Assembly: GCF_036321535.1 (NCBI RefSeq) | Contig: NC_087437.1 | Span: forward strand, 45,634,001-45,698,000 | Reading direction: 5' to 3' | DNA from: Camelus dromedarius | Lineage: Eukaryota | Length of the DNA: 64,000 nucleotides | Shown here: one piece after another, positions 10,741 through 25,183 of the stretch | Layout: every line of letters begins with the position of its first letter | Position numbering within the stretch: position 1 is the first letter of the stretch | Notes under the pieces: generated by a model | Database searches by the model: none | Told to the model about the DNA's origin: nothing | What the model saw: the letters and a program-made list of their open reading frames with translations, nothing else | Program-made: the position numbers and the translations under genes

Positions 10741-13719
10741 GAGAATGAACAACAAGAAGATATGCTCTTATTCTAAAGCACTTACTCTAAAGGGGTGAGT
10801 GGAGGAGAAAAGAACACAGTGGAAGCTCTGTGGAAGGTCTAAATACCTCTTTGCAGAAAACCAACAAAGTTTTAACCAAAGCAATGATATTTGGACTGGT
10901 TTTTAATGGCTGCCTATCTGAAAAGGCAGAAAAGGGAGAAAAGGGGTCATTGCTGGAAGAAAACATACATATAATGACACAGGGATGTTATTAAACTTCG
11001 TGTGTTGGGAACATATGAAGATGTAGTGTGGCTGGGACTAAGAGGAATAAAATGAGAAATGGTGTTTGTGATTTAGGTTGAACCAAATAGAGAGGCCTTA
11101 CGTGTCAACGATTTTTACCCAGGTTACTTGGTTGTAAACTTCTAAGGGACAAGGGCTACATCTTCAGTCATGTCCGTTTTACCAATAATTCCTTGCACCC
11201 AGAAAGTGCTCAGTGAATGTTAGCTACATTGACTTCCACTGTACTGGTGGGAAAAAAAATCACAAATGGACCACATCATGGAGATGACATGATGATGTAC
11301 AAAGACATCTCTACAAGCAAGTACCAATCTAGAAGTCACCGCTTTATCAAGTTCAAAACTGTCAAATCTTACCTACTGAAGTCCTTAAGCAAATTTTTGG
11401 TCTTCAATTAATTAGAACTTCATTAAAAAAATAAACAAGAGAATTTAATTTTTGTACTTTTATTTCTCCTTAGGAACTCAGTAGTGAAGATGGGATTATA
11501 TTCAAACTGGGAGTGTCCCTGTAATTTCAGCTTCAGTTATTTTGGTTTATTTCACAACCTCCAATGTTGGACAATCTGATAGAATGCAATTTAAGAAGAG
11601 ATATAAAATAAGAAGCACATTTCAGCCTAAGTTACTCTTCTAACCCTTTCAAAGGCCATCACTAAACTTTCCATCAGTGGCCCCAGGAAGATACCCAAAT
11701 GAAGCAGTAGCCAGTATTGAGGGAGTTACATTACAAAGGCTACAGTATGGCTTCCCTGATGTACTGATGACCTCTTCTGCTGAGAGAGACAAACACACCG
11801 CCATTCTACCATAAATTTATAGTTTTAAGCCCACAAGTTAGGAGGAAAATGCTGGAGAACATCAGGTGGAGATCTTTACTCCCCTGACCCTAAAAATTCC
11901 ATGACGTTCCTTCTTCTGATGTAACACTCTGGGTCTCACTCCACATTGTTCTTACTCATTTTTCCTAATGAAAGGAGAAATAAGTTATCAGACTAGTAGG
12001 TGCTATGAATCTTACAAAGTAGAACTAATTAACTAAAAAGCCACCAGTTTTGACCCGAAAGGCAAGAAAGGTTGGACAATAATAATCCTCAGCCAATGTG
12101 TCCACTCTGCCAACCCAAACCCTTCTTGGGGTGGGCTGGCCAAAGGTCCACAATTAGCAAGCCCGTTAGTTCATGTCCTCCAATCAGCTTCATCAATAAT
12201 AAAGCTGCTATTTGTATTGCCAGATGACAGGTGTCTTATTTTCAGTTGGTTTCAAAGACAAGAAGGAAGAAAGGAGTGTTGTTTTTTGCTCTTCTAAATG
12301 CAAAATCAGATACTCTTGTCTCATCTCTCCTAGTGCTCCCCACAGTGCTAGAATGATGCCAAGCACACAGTGGATGTTCAAAAAAATTGTTCAGTGAGCA
12401 AGAACAGAAATTATTTAATATCAAAATCTAGTCTGTTCTTTCATCTTAGATCTCTTGAGGAAAACAGAGTTCCTCTGAGTGTCATAAGTCAGTATTTTTC
12501 TTCTCTACACATTTGTTCAATTTCTCAAGTGCCCATGTTCCACACAATTCTTTTCTCTCCCATTTGGACACTCTGTAGCATGGTGACCACAAAGACTTTG
12601 TCAAGTGCCTTCTCGTGCTTTGTAATGACAAGGTCTGTATGGATTTAAAATACTACCATCTGTGCTCAGTTGGGGGATTTCATAGAAATAACCAGAGCCC
12701 ATTTCAGTGAAACACTAAACCTTTATCACTCTGTTTTCTCTGGTAGCTCATGAAGCTTCCTGAATGCTGCTCTTTTTCTCTCAAAAAAAAAAAAAAGAAA
12801 GAAAAACAAAACCAAAACCAAACCTGATATTGCAGGCCTATGATTTCTCCAACTCTCCCTAGAATTTCAGGTAGTTCTCAATGACTGAAATAATAACCTC
12901 AAAATAACCAGGGTTCCCAAGCCTTTGTGGAGTTTTCTTACTGTATGTACAGTAGAAAACGTAGTATGTTAGAAAGAGCTCTTTGCAATGAAGATCCGGG
13001 CCAACTTGACACAAAATAGAGAGTTAACAAAGCCAGATGATGGTTAAATTTGATATGCTAATAAGAAAGGAGCTCTTGAAGGAATCTGAGCAAGGAAAGA
13101 TAAGGACAAGAGGAAGGACAGGTATTCAGACAAACATGATACCCATGTCTTACCTGCCAAAGTACAGATCCAGGCTTGGTCTCTGCTGAGAAATACTGGG
13201 TGAGAATGAATGGTGTGTGTTCTGTATGGCTCATGCATTGCCGTTAGTCCACTGCAGTGCTATCAACATTTAGGGTAAGGCCAAAACCCACTTCTTTATT
13301 AGTCTGTGCAAGTCTATAGCTCTGGTAACTATACATGTGAAAAAAAACTGAATCAATTAATACATATTGAATAATTGCTGAGGGAGTTAAGGATTTTGTT
13401 GTGTGTCACTAAAGTGAGTGAAATACAGATACTCTCCTTCAGGTTACACAGTGTCTAGTGGTGAGACAGATACAGGCTGTCCAGTAAGTGCATGGCTATA
13501 CACAAACTTACCTGAAATATCCAGATATTAAATTAAAGGTATCCTTTTCATGTTTTATCTGCATAGAATCCTTATTTCCTGTTCTCAGGAAAATGTCAAA
13601 GTCATTGAAGAGAATTCCTTTTGAAGTATTTCAAGTAGTAACTACCAGAATTCTTGTGGTAGTACACCCAGAAGTAATCAATTATAGACACACAGAATAT
13701 TTGGGCTGGAGTGAACTTC

Positions 13720-15330
13720 AGAGAAATTTTCATCTAAGTTTTTCCTTCTTTCCAATTAAGCAGCAAAGAGCTTGATAAATGAGGTGACTTACCCAAAATC
13801 ACACACCAATTTGTGGAACTAAAACTATAGTCCCCTGACCACAGGTCCAGGGCAATTGACAGCCTGCTGTGAATCGACTGATACTCCACCATGAATCAAC
13901 TGAGTTTGTTTTCTTTGAATTCCTAATACACCCTTCGATGGTCACTGTAATAGACACTGTAATCTCTATGTTACATGAGAGGAAATAGGTTCAGGGAGGT
14001 TCGTTCACTTTTCCAAAGTCACACAGCTTGTGAGTGGCATAGACAGAATGGGAACCAAGTTTTTCCAACTTTTACATCACCAGGCAGCCCCACTCTCCAC
14101 AGCACAGTAAGTTAACTCAATGGTATGCAGTTTCACCTCCGGGCCGGATTCCAACACAAAGCTCTTTCTTTTCCCTGGATTCCAAAGAGGCAAACAATTC
14201 TCAAAATTTAAATCGAAATGTTAAGGCTACCTTTCCTACTCATGGGATTCAGGAGCCAGATTTCCTTTCACAGGTCTCTTTTGATCTCCTGAAAAGGTTC
14301 CTTTCTAGGGGCCAATACAACAAGGGCCATCTGCGGGGCTGAAGCACCCCAAGGTGACAGCAGTAGACTCAGCAAGTGGAGGGAGCTTGGTTTATTAGAT
14401 AGGGCCTCTAAAAGGGGGGCTTTACCGCCATGCTGCTGTGATCAAACGAGGGAAAAATATACATGCAATCTGCAACAGGGAGTCAAAACGTCCAGAGCGA
14501 GGACCTGACTGGGTCACCTGTCAGCCACTCACTCATGTGCTGTCCTTCCTGGAGGAGAATAACGCCGTGGGCCTGTCAACAGCAAATGAGACCCTGAGTT
14601 CTTCTGAGAGATGGGACAGTCACCTGCCCAAGAGCAGGGATCTAAGACTCAGCATAAATTGAATTCAAACCTCAACCCTTCTTCTTACCAGGTGGCCACG
14701 TGGCCAGCTGAGTAACCTGATCCTCAAAGTCCGTCTGTAAAATTGAAGAAGTGACACCTACTTCACAGGGGTGCTGTAAGAGCTCTACACAAAGTATGTA
14801 AAGCATCTTAACACAGAGCCTTGAACATGGAAGAGAAGCTTTGTAGTAGATCCTTGCCAGCCAGCACATGTCCTTTCTATTCACCCTAATAAATAATATT
14901 ACAGAATTTCTGAATAACCACCTATTAAAACTAGAGTTCACAAAATCCTTCCCTATGCATAATAAGATACAATATTGTAAATACTCTTTACAATGACCTT
15001 GTAAGGTGGGCAGGGCAGGGCAGCTGTGGCATCATCCTCACTAGTTAGGTAAGAAGGGGTTCCAGATGGCAAACAACTTGCCTAAAAGTTACAGAGGAGT
15101 ATGTGACACAATTAGTTTGGACCCCAGATCTTCTGTCTCCTAGTTCAGTGCTCATTTCTCTGAAGTGTCCCAATGTGATATGCGGTAGCCGCAGCTTGTA
15201 CTTACTACCTGTGTGACCCTGGAAAAGGCCACACTCACTTCACTTCTGAGTTTCTCTTCCCTAATGCCCTCCTGCTCTTTGTGAATCATGGTTGTAACAT
15301 GTGAATGTTCTTAGTAAATTACTGTGTGCT
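13720..15330. mobile_element. Cluster of about five MIR/MIR3 fragments in both orientations
   Basis: MIR cores near 13780 (-), 13980 (-), 14700 (+), 15060 (-) and 15210 (+). Confidence 0.65.
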
Positions 15331-16021
15331 CCATATATTTGTAGTGTGCATGAATTCCACAAATCAAGGTGTAAAAACACCCCATTCCTTTATGTTCCTA
15401 AATCTAATTTAATCTCTCATCATGAACCCACGAAGCAGAGAGGAAACTTGATGACCCCAGTGATGACTGGAGCTCCATCACCTCGTCCCTCCTCCCGAAG
15501 CCCCATAGCAACACCAAGGGTCACAAGCATTCACAGAGGGGTTCTCTGCCCTACACCAGTTCCTGCTGAAATGACCATCAATCATGCTGGCCCGCGTGGC
15601 CCCCGGAAGGCAGGTGTTCCTTGAGGCCTCAGCACTTCAGGTGTCAGGTGCTCCCGGGGCAGCTCCCAACCAGCCCCACTTGGCCTCCTGCACTCAGAGA
15701 GAAGCAAGCCCCCGTCACAGGTGTTTTCCTGCGCAGGGTGGCTTCTGTCCACAGAAACGCATCTAAGGACACTCCTGGGGATACACCTGCCCGCAACATG
15801 ATCTCCCTACTCCAGTCTGTCTTTCCTCAATTCTTCACTGCTGAAGATTTCCCAGCAATAATGCCTCCCTGACAAGCCTAGGTTTCACCAGCAACCACCA
15901 TGAGGGAACAGGAAATGCTGCCTCTCCACACCAGGGCTCCTGACGCTGAGAAGACAATTGGCAAGGGAGGTCTTCTTGAGATAGGGAGGGAGAAATATCC
16001 ATAACACTAGAACAAATCACA

Positions 16022-16025
<4 letters not shown>

Positions 16026-16052
<27 letters not shown>
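16026..16052. repeat. (AC)13 microsatellite
   Basis: Read directly from sequence. Confidence 0.98.
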
Positions 16053-17164
16053 TATGAATAAGATATAATGTATATGTATGAAGAAGTTATTCCTACACCT
16101 ATTTTCTTATTTGTTTTTGTTGTGCATGAACAGCATTTGGGAAATTTAAATTATAAAAAGGCACTCTCGATGTCGATGGTTTTAGAAATGTAAGAAAACT
16201 TCCGGAAATGTGTGAGATGTATCATGAGAGATTCACATAACCCCAAATGTCTAGTACTTTGCTTTTAAATTGATACTTTTCCATTATAGGCACTGTAAAA
16301 TGAGCCTTTGTCCTCAGGGTAATTCAACAGAAGTGCCTCTCTCTGCCCCGCTCAGAGCCAAGCCCCACCATCTTCACAGAGGCCGGCTGGTTGGCCGGCC
16401 CCTCTCACGGCCACATCAGGGACCATAATGAAGGACAAAATGTTTGCAGTTAGAGTCAAAGCTCAATTATCCAGGTGGGTTATCCTGACAAATGTTACCA
16501 CTACCCTGCCTGCCACCTCCTGGCAAGCCCTGGGCAGCAACTCCAGCTTCTCTTTGGGGTGTGCTTAGGGGATGCGCACACTCTTCATGTCTTTTAGAGA
16601 CAACCTGCGTTGGAAGGGAAAGGTTTCTGTAATGGGCGCTCACAGAGATTCTTGCTGCATTAGGCCCACAAAGGTACCCCCTACACTTTGGTAAACCCAC
16701 CCTGTGTGGCCAGGTTGGCATATGTATGCAGTCAGCTCACCAAAGAAAAGCCTGGGAACTGGCCATCAGCTGTGCTGCAGCAAAGTCAGTGGACACGTAT
16801 CATCTCCCACCTCCTTTTTCTTCTTTTAGAGGAGAGGAATGGGACAGAGAATCAAGGTTTTAAAAATTTATTTTAAAGTGGCCCCCAGCATATTCTGAAG
16901 ACTTAACATCTTGAGGTGGGCTGAGAGCATCCTGTGTTGCTTGAGGAAGCCTCCAGCAGAGACTTAAGAGTTTTGCAGGGTCCTTGTCACTCTTTCAGCT
17001 GTGCAAAGATTAAGCCTCGTGTGGCTGAAATGTGGAAAGGCACACAGGTGACCTAACTGCATAAGGTTTAGGGTGGACATTCCAGTGTTCAGGCCACTGA
17101 GCTACTCTCCTGACCCCCAAGGCAAGATCTCGCATTGTGCGGGCAGATTTCAAGCATGAAAGAG

Positions 17165-17609
17165 ACAACAGAATACTACTCAGCCATAAAAAGAATAAAA
17201 TAATGCCATTTGCAGCAACATGGATGAAACTGGAGATCATCATTCTAAGTGAAGTAAGCCAGAAAGAGAAAGAAAAAACCATACAGCATCATTCATATGT
17301 GAAATCTAAAAAAAAAAAAAGACACTGGTGAACTTATTTACAAAACAGACACAGACTCACAGACATAGAAAACAAACTTATGGTTACCAAAGGGGAAAGG
17401 GGGTGGGAAAGGGATAAACTGGGAGTTTAAGAGATGTGGATACTAACTGCTATGTATAAAATAGACAAACAAGTTTCTATTGTATAGCACAGGGAACTAC
17501 ATTCAATATGTATGTATATGTATGACTGAAACATTATGCTGTACACCAGAAATCGACACAATGTCATAAACTGACTATAATTCAATTTAAAAAGTTTTTT
17601 TTAATTAAA
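17165..17609 (+). mobile_element. 5'-truncated L1 3' end with perfect 13-bp TSD
   Basis: GAATACTACTCAGCCATAAAAAAGAATAAAATAATGCCATTTGCAGC...; TSD AAGCATGAAAGAG at 17152-17164 and 17610-17622. Confidence 0.95.
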
Positions 17610-18299
17610 AAGCATGAAAGAGGTTTGCCAAAGGTAACAGACTCTCCAAATAAGAATGTGGGGGCCAGGGTAGGAGCACAGTGGTGATGACTCCAGACAT
17701 TCAGATAACAAGAGGAGCCATTAGGTCACATTTTCAAGGACCCTCGAGAGGGAGATGACACACAGGTCACAGAGGAAGGTGAACTTTTTCCTCCCTACCT
17801 CAAAGCTATAACCAGCAGAAGTGTTCACATTCGAGACTGCCAGCACAGCAGACACCTGCTCGCGTACAGCCAACAGTGGAGGGCCACAGGCTCACAGAAC
17901 CATGCGGTGATGCCAGTGTGGTCCCTCTACAATTTACATGCCAATTTACCCTGTCTGCCATCTCTACCTGACAGCCCAAGCAGCCAAAAATGATTTCATT
18001 AAATTTACAAATTAAAACAACTCACGCATATTCAGGCTATGCTGTGAACAGTCAAAAATGCAGTCATTAAATACGCATTACAAAGAGGATCTATACTACA
18101 TCTACTGGCAACATCCAAGATAACAACTGACAGATACAAGATATTGAATTTGGACTATCTTTTCAAAGCTTCCTAAAAACTTCTACGCATATTTGTAGGA
18201 GAAAAAAGCGATCAGTTTAACTACTGTTATTAATTCTCCCATTTGAAAGGCATAGTGGTAACTTTGGAAACATTTTGGGTTTTCATGTGTGTGATATCC

Positions 18300-19060
18300 T
18301 ATACACTTCACTCACCTACTTCAGAATTTCAATGGCTCCCTGTTATCTGAGTAACAAAGCGGATGCATTATTCAAGTTTCTCCTGGATTTGGCGCCAACA
18401 AGTCCCTTAGTCTTATCTCTCACAGCTCCTGCTATGCTGCAAATAAACAGTGCGCTGTCTGTTGCCAAAAACACCTTTCCCCTCCCTAGCATTCTTCCAT
18501 CCTGTCCCATACACACCTTAAGCATGAGCTATACCAAACTGCTCTTTTTCCCCAAGGAGTCATGTCAGTCCATCCTTGGATCAGCCATTTTCAACATTTA
18601 TCAAGCTCCAAAATATGTGTAGAAGGGGAATCCCAGGTTCCATTGAGAGAGACTGTAATTCCGTAGATCTGGAGAGGGGCTCAGAATCTCTATATATTAT
18701 AAGCATACAGTTGATTCTGATAGAGGAGTTTCAAGAATCACATAAGAAACCCTGGCTTGGACGATCTGCATATGATCTTTCCTCTCTCTGAAATGCCATT
18801 CTCTCTCCCCTCCACCATAAAATCCCATTTATTCCCCAAAGCCCCGGTCAAATGTAATCTCCTTCCTCTTCTAGCCAGAATAAATTGCTTCTCTCTCTTT
18901 GCATTCCCAGTATACTCAGTACACACCACTTTATTAAATTCATCACATCCCATTGTATATATTAGGTGCCTTTCTTCTCAGCTAGCTTACAAGTTACTTG
19001 TAGACTGAAACTATGCACTGTAAGTGCTCAATAAATATCTGATTAACAAAGGAACAAATG
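18300..19060 (+). mobile_element. L2 LINE 3' part, interrupted by a MER5-like element
   Basis: TTCAATGGCTCCC..., ends TAAGTGCTCAATAAATATCTGATTAACAAAGGAACAAATGA. Confidence 0.7.
18580..18755. mobile_element. MER5-like hAT-Charlie DNA transposon relic
   Basis: AATTCCGTAGATCTGGAGAGGGGCTCAGAATCT..AAGCATACAGTTGATTCTGAT..AGAAACCCTGG. Confidence 0.6.
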
Positions 19061-19970
19061 ACCGTTGATGATACGGTTTACCCTGCCTTGAATTGCCTCC
19101 ACTTTTATTTCTAACTAATGAATCTCAGTTTCAAGGCCAGTATTTCTTCCTTCATAAATCCTTCTCTGGTAAGCCCCCAAATATATATCCTTTCTTCTGT
19201 GTGACAACAGGTATCATTTTTTATTCTCTCAAAGCATTTACCACATTGTCTTGTATTATGGGTATCTGTACACATTCTTATTCCCCCTACTTGACCGTGT
19301 TTCCTGTCTTGCCCATTTTTTGCATTCCCCAGAGAACACAGCAGAGTGCCTTGCCCATAAGAGATTGTCAAAAAATATTTGAGAATTGAATTGCACATAG
19401 TCAACTTGACTGTTAAAAGTATAAATCCCTTGGACAAATGAAAAATACCATTTCCTCCTCCTCATTTCAGTAGTAGAGCAAAATCAAAGTATAAAAATCA
19501 TAAAGACACCAAGAACAATGCTTTGCCTCTTGGATCGATCTTAAGTAAGAATCTGAAGTTTGCAGCAAATAGGCGAATAATGGCTTCAACTTTCTAAATG
19601 TGACAGTTTGCAGCTCTGAAAAAAATTATTTGCACAGGTTTGTATCTTGTAAGATTGTTTCTATCATTTATTATTGCTGCTGTTATTATTATAATTATTT
19701 CTGGATAAACTCAGATGGAGACATAATATAGAAGTTGCTACCACCCATACAGAAGCTCTGATCTGCCTTTGCTAAAAGAATATCCAACATTTCTCCTCTC
19801 CCAATATTCAAACTACCAATCACCAGAAAAAGAGAAAAGAGTTATTCATTCATCCATTTAGTCCATGAACAATTGAGGTATACTTAAATGCAAAGACCAT
19901 GTCTTCATCCTCTCCATAGGCTAAGGCAGTCAGAGTTCTTGTCCAGTGCATTTCCATTTAGAGCTTAAAG

Positions 19971-20010
19971 ACGGATGGATGGATGGATGGACGGACGGAC
20001 GAATGAATGA
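19971..20010. repeat. Compound (GGAT)n(GGAC)n(GAAT)n tetranucleotide repeat
   Basis: Read directly from sequence; possibly a decayed L2 tail. Confidence 0.85.
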
Positions 20011-21989
20011 GCAAAAAGGAAGAAAGTTTTAGCCTTCCTCTAACCAAAAGGATATACTGGCAGAGTCCTTCCGTGCTGTTACAATAAATTAAAATTGAGT
20101 TACTATTGATTTCTGAACAAGGTGAACCATTCTGAAACTCCTAAATAGTCTTTATTCCTGCTATGTACTTAACTTGTTGAGGGTAGGGGTAGAGTTCTGT
20201 CAGCCAAGAAAACCTCTTCTGTACAAAGGATATATTTAATGTTGTAGTTTTTTTTTAATTTTATTTGAAAAGAATCATTTATTTTACCTCTGTGTATGAT
20301 CTTAAATTGGGAAGATCACTTATATGTTTCATGTGCCTTCAACAACTGAGATTTTCAAATAAAGTAGCAGAGGTAAGCAGATGGAAATGTATTTGAAATT
20401 AACAATTATCTTTGGCAATCAGCATTCAGCCAGTTGGTCATGAAGTGCAGTCAGACTTTTAGGAGAAAGAAGGCAGGAAACTAAAAGAAGAATCAAGAAG
20501 TCACTTTCTATCAGAATAGTGCTGGGAGTATGCTACTGACTATATGACAGACAAATGCCCATCAGTCTGGCAGTTACTGGAAACAGCAGCAGAGGTAGCC
20601 ACACCATCGTGTGGTGTTCACTGGTGACTGCGGACCGCTTAGAGTAAAGGCTTCACACAGCTCTCTAAACGTCTGAGCTCCAGAGAGCGGAACTGTGTTA
20701 ACTACAGGCACCATGGCCACTGCAGCTAAGCAGAGGGCTGTGTCACTTCAGGGACCCTGACTACACTGCTTGAAAAGACTTCCTGCTCCACCATAGCCTC
20801 TTAGCTATTCTCACCTGCAGGAAGGCAGACCCCCCCAGTCACAGGTCTATAGTCATTCCTGCAACAAAACACACTCTAGGAACTAGTTAAAGCAGGATCA
20901 GTGAGCTGTTTCCTCTTGAGCTTTTATTCTAATGTTACAACGGCAAAAAAAAAAAAAAAATTAGGTTTGCAGGTGAACATTTACAAGAACCGTCCAGAGT
21001 CCTTTACATTTTATAAAAGGAGTCTGCATTATCATCACATTCTTGAAAGGACAGGAAGACAGATAACAGCTAAACCAGGAATTGTCAAATCTAAATAACT
21101 GTCAGGAATTAAATAGTAGTTCTGAATATGAGTCCATGATTGAAATGCACAAAACCCTCTAAAGCAATGTGAAAAACTTCCTAACATTGCAAAGTCTTCC
21201 TGAGTCCTCTATATGGCAGGACGATTGAAGAGAACGTACCAGTAAAAATGTCAGTTATAGACTTTGTCTTGTACCTCATCATGTAGAAATACTACTGGGA
21301 TTTTTACAGGCTTCTGAATAACTATTTACAGCTCACACCCTGACCTTGAGCATTACTGTTTAAGTAAGTACAAACCATTCCAGGAAATAGGAATAACAAA
21401 AAATGAGGTTAGAATAAGCATGAAATACACTGGAGTATCAAGGAAGAAGAATATGTGGGAAATGGCTGGTATGTTTAACACTGCCGATGACTATTCACAC
21501 TAGACCAGGAAACCATTCCCAAGACAGCAGTAATGGTTTTGCTTATCAGAGCATCATTCCAGTATTACCTAGTCTTTCCTAAGATCTCTACGATCTAAAG
21601 AAGACATACCATACCTTGTCAAGTTCTAGAAAGCAAGGTATATTTTTAAAAATACTTTAAGAGATGCACCAAAATACTAGAAACGCAAAGTCACTACTGA
21701 ATAAATGTTGGAAATAAACAGAAAGCAAAACTCTGCAGAGCTAACTAACGAAGAAATAGGAGGTGGTCAGACCAAGGAAGGAATGTGAACAGAGCAGGGT
21801 CAAAGGACTGGGTTAATTATGCTCTTGAAACATCTGGTGATAGCTAAGTGTGACAAGCAAGTCTTCTCTGGAACTAAGCTACTGATTGAAAAGACGCAGG
21901 CTTTGGACTCAGTTCAGTTTACATCCCACTCTCAGCACTCGTGACTTTTGCAAGTTTTAACCTGTCTGAGCTTCACTTTCCTCATCTGT

Positions 21990-22390
21990 ATATGAGGCTA
22001 TAGAAAAAATGTTTTTGTTTTTCTGAAAAGTTACGGATGTCTGAGCAAGTTTTATTGAACTTGGAACCTGGGCTAAAAGCAAGCACTGAAAAGTAATTAA
22101 TGATTGATTAGCTGGAGAAAATTCCAGGGAGATTTACCTCTCAAGAGGTATGTGTTTCCATTTCTCAGAGAGGCTGAGACCTGGGACCAGGGAGACATAC
22201 TTGGTGGTAAAGATGGAGACAATCATTATCTTTTGCTTAGAGAGATTTATTTACATTCTGAAGGGAAGTCCTTCTGGAGGAACAAAGGTTTATGCAGCTT
22301 CCTTTCAGGAAGAGAGGAGGACAGCATGTATGTAAGCACTCAGATTCCTTTCAGGGAGATTCGTCACCTGCAATATAGACTCTATGTGTA
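21990..22390 (-). mobile_element. Probable ERV1-class solo LTR (MER34/MER39-like)
   Basis: GAGCAAGTTTTATT (minus-strand polyA signal) and AGAGAGATTTATTTACATT motif; abuts a MIR at ~21860-21990. Confidence 0.4.
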
Positions 22391-22639
22391 GGTTTGTCTG
22401 TCCAGCTCTCATCGTGATGCTCCAGGGGTAAGAATTGGAGCACAGGGGAATAATCACATGGTTATTATTTGCTTTACAGCAAATAACAATCTGCTCTGCT
22501 CCAGAAACTGCATGTGTGTATTCAGGATTCATATTAATAAAGATAAATATTAAAAATAGCAGTTGTTCTCCCTGTTGGAGCAGGTAGTTACAAAGAAACA
22601 AGAGGAAGAAGCCAGAGCTTTCTACGTGCTATGAAATTA

Positions 22640-23030
22640 ATCATGTGGTTAACTTAATATAGATACAGATAGTACCTACAGAAGTATTTATAGACATGTA
22701 TAGATAAACTGGTTAGTATACACACAATTTTTTTTTTTGCTCTGTCATCTGAGAGGGCTTAAAATAAATGAAACTGCTATAGCAATAAGCACACCTAACA
22801 ACCTAGTCTTGGTTTCTAATACCATTCTCCATTACATAGGACCAAGGTTCCATGAAGAAATGGTTGATTTTAGAACTGGGGCAGGAGTTCTACAAGTGTA
22901 GTATCTTGAAGTGACAAAAACAACAAAGTGTTCAAACACACAAACACACACACAATGAAATTATATCAAAGGGATCCAGAAGAGTTCCCAATGGCCAAAA
23001 CTTGAACATTTGAACATCAAAATACTTAGT
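22640..23030 (+). mobile_element. Ancient L1MC-like 3' UTR fragment
   Basis: TCTTGGTTTCTAATACCATTCTCCA..GAAGAAATGGTTGATT..CCCAATGGCCAAAACTTGAAC. Confidence 0.7.
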
Positions 23031-24189
23031 TTTGGTGAAGATATGGAGCAAAAGGAATGCTCAAATATCACTGCGGGGAATGTAAAACAGTATTTCACTT
23101 TACTGAAACATAAGCAAAGCCCAACAATGAATTTCAAAAACATGCGGCGCAAAAGCAGCAGACACAAAAACCAAAATCATGATTCCATTCAGAGAAACTC
23201 CAGAAAAGATAAATCTTTGTATAATAAAATAAATAAGAGATGGATGAAGATAACATAAAATAATTTCTGTTCAAGGGTCTGATCAGGGAGTAATTCCAAC
23301 TTGGAACAGCAAGCACCAGGATGCCACAGAGACATTAGGAACATAGGGTGAAGGAGAAACCAAGAGGAGTTGATTGCAGACACCATGGAAGAAGCATCCC
23401 AGAGCAAAACACCTCTACTTCAAATAGTGCCTAGGTTGTAATCTTCTAAGTGTCAAATGGGTAATTATTGCTTTAAAACTCAAAAATGTACAGGCATTTT
23501 TTATCCAACTCCCCCGAAGGCTTCAGTTGAGTGTTTCTGCAAATATCTGAATATCAAAATGTTGTTAGTGATCATGAGTTCTACACAAAATCATTTTAAT
23601 CTGATGTTTTCAATTTGCTTAGCAACTGGCATATATAAACACAGACATATGCATGTATTCTGGATCATCTGGAGGTCATCTTTCAACTGTGGGCTTTCTG
23701 CCTTGTGATTTCACTATCCACACCTGCATTTGTGTTGACAATCACATCAGTGTGAAATAATGCTACTTTAACTGCCTTAGGCAAAAATGAAACAAATCAA
23801 TGATGCAATTTGCCAAGCAAAAGTCAAATGACTTCAAAAGTTCACCCTATAAACAAAGACTTTATTCTATTTAGAACAGAAATGTAAAATAACTGAATGA
23901 CTAAATAGTATAAACAGGCTGAACTCAAAAGAATCTGTTCTTGAATGGTCAGATGAGAATCACACCAGGAGAGAAGTTTCAGCCAAATATTATCTGTCAT
24001 ATTAAATTAATAGTGCTTCGAACTTTAACAGTTTTGCAATTTGTATTTATTTTGCAAATGCATTTTGGTTTTTTGGTTGCATAGGAGTTACAACTATAAT
24101 ACACAACTAGTTTTAGGCTGTTATATATTTAAATAATAAAATTTAAATCCACACTAGTAGGGTAACACAAACATTATTTTTTACATTAT

Positions 24190-25182
24190 TTTAAATTTTA
24201 TTTTAATTCACATTAAAACTGACTTGTTTTGTGCACAGTTCTATAAATTTAACACATGTACAGATTTGTTCAACTACCACCACAGTAAAGATACAACTAT
24301 TCTATCACCTCTGAAAACTTCCTTCTGCTATCATTTGTAGTCCCCTTTTCCCCAAACTTTAACCCCCAGCAACCGTGGATCTTTTTTCCATTGCTACAGC
24401 TTTGTCTTTTTCAGAGTGTCATACTAATGGAATAATACAGTACACAACTTTCTGAGACTGGTTTCTCTCCCTCAGAAAAATGCCAAGTTATTGCATGTTA
24501 ATAGTACATTCCCTTCTATTGCAAAATAGTTTTCCATTGTATAGTTGGACCTCAGTTTGTCTATTCACTCATTGCATTAGTTTGCTCCCTCTTTTTTGGA
24601 GATCATGAGTAGAGAAGATATGAACATTGATCTACAGGTTTCTACGTGAAGAAGAATTAACTTAAGTAAAATAAGGTGGCATAGTTGAGGCATATGGTAA
24701 GCACATGCTCACATTAAAAAAATAAACATGCCAAATTGTTTTTCAGATTGTCTGTACTACTTTACATTCCCACCAATAAGGTATGAGATTTCCAGTTGCT
24801 CTGCATCCTCAAAAGCATTTGATTTTTTTAACATTTTTTATTGATTTATAATCATTTTACAATGTTGTATCAAATTCCAGTGTAGAGCACAGTTTTTCAG
24901 TTATACATGAATATATATATATTCATTGTCGCATTTTTTTCTCCACGGGCTACCATAAGATCTTGTATATATTTCCCTGTGCTATACAGTATAATCTTGT
25001 TTGTCTATTCTACAATTTTGAAATCCCAGTCTATCCCTTCCCACCTTCTGCCCCCTTGGCAACCACAAGTTTGTATTCTATGTCTATGAGTCTATTTCTG
25101 TTTTGCATTTGATATTTTTATTTAAGCCATCATACTGAGTTGTATAATGGTATCTTATTGTGATTTTAATTTACATTTCCCT
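24190..25182 (-). mobile_element. Ancient L1 (L1MB/MC/ME-like) 3' end, interrupted by a young insert
   Basis: CAACTACCACCACAGTAAAGATACA..CATACTAATGGAATAATACAGTA..TTACATTCCCACCAA. Confidence 0.75.
24830..25104 (-). mobile_element. Young ~275-bp L1 3'-terminal insertion
   Basis: Closely matches the 3' end of the full-length L1 (27538-27800); TSD GCATTTGAT at 24815-24823 and 25105-25113. Confidence 0.92.
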
Positions 25183-25183
25183 A

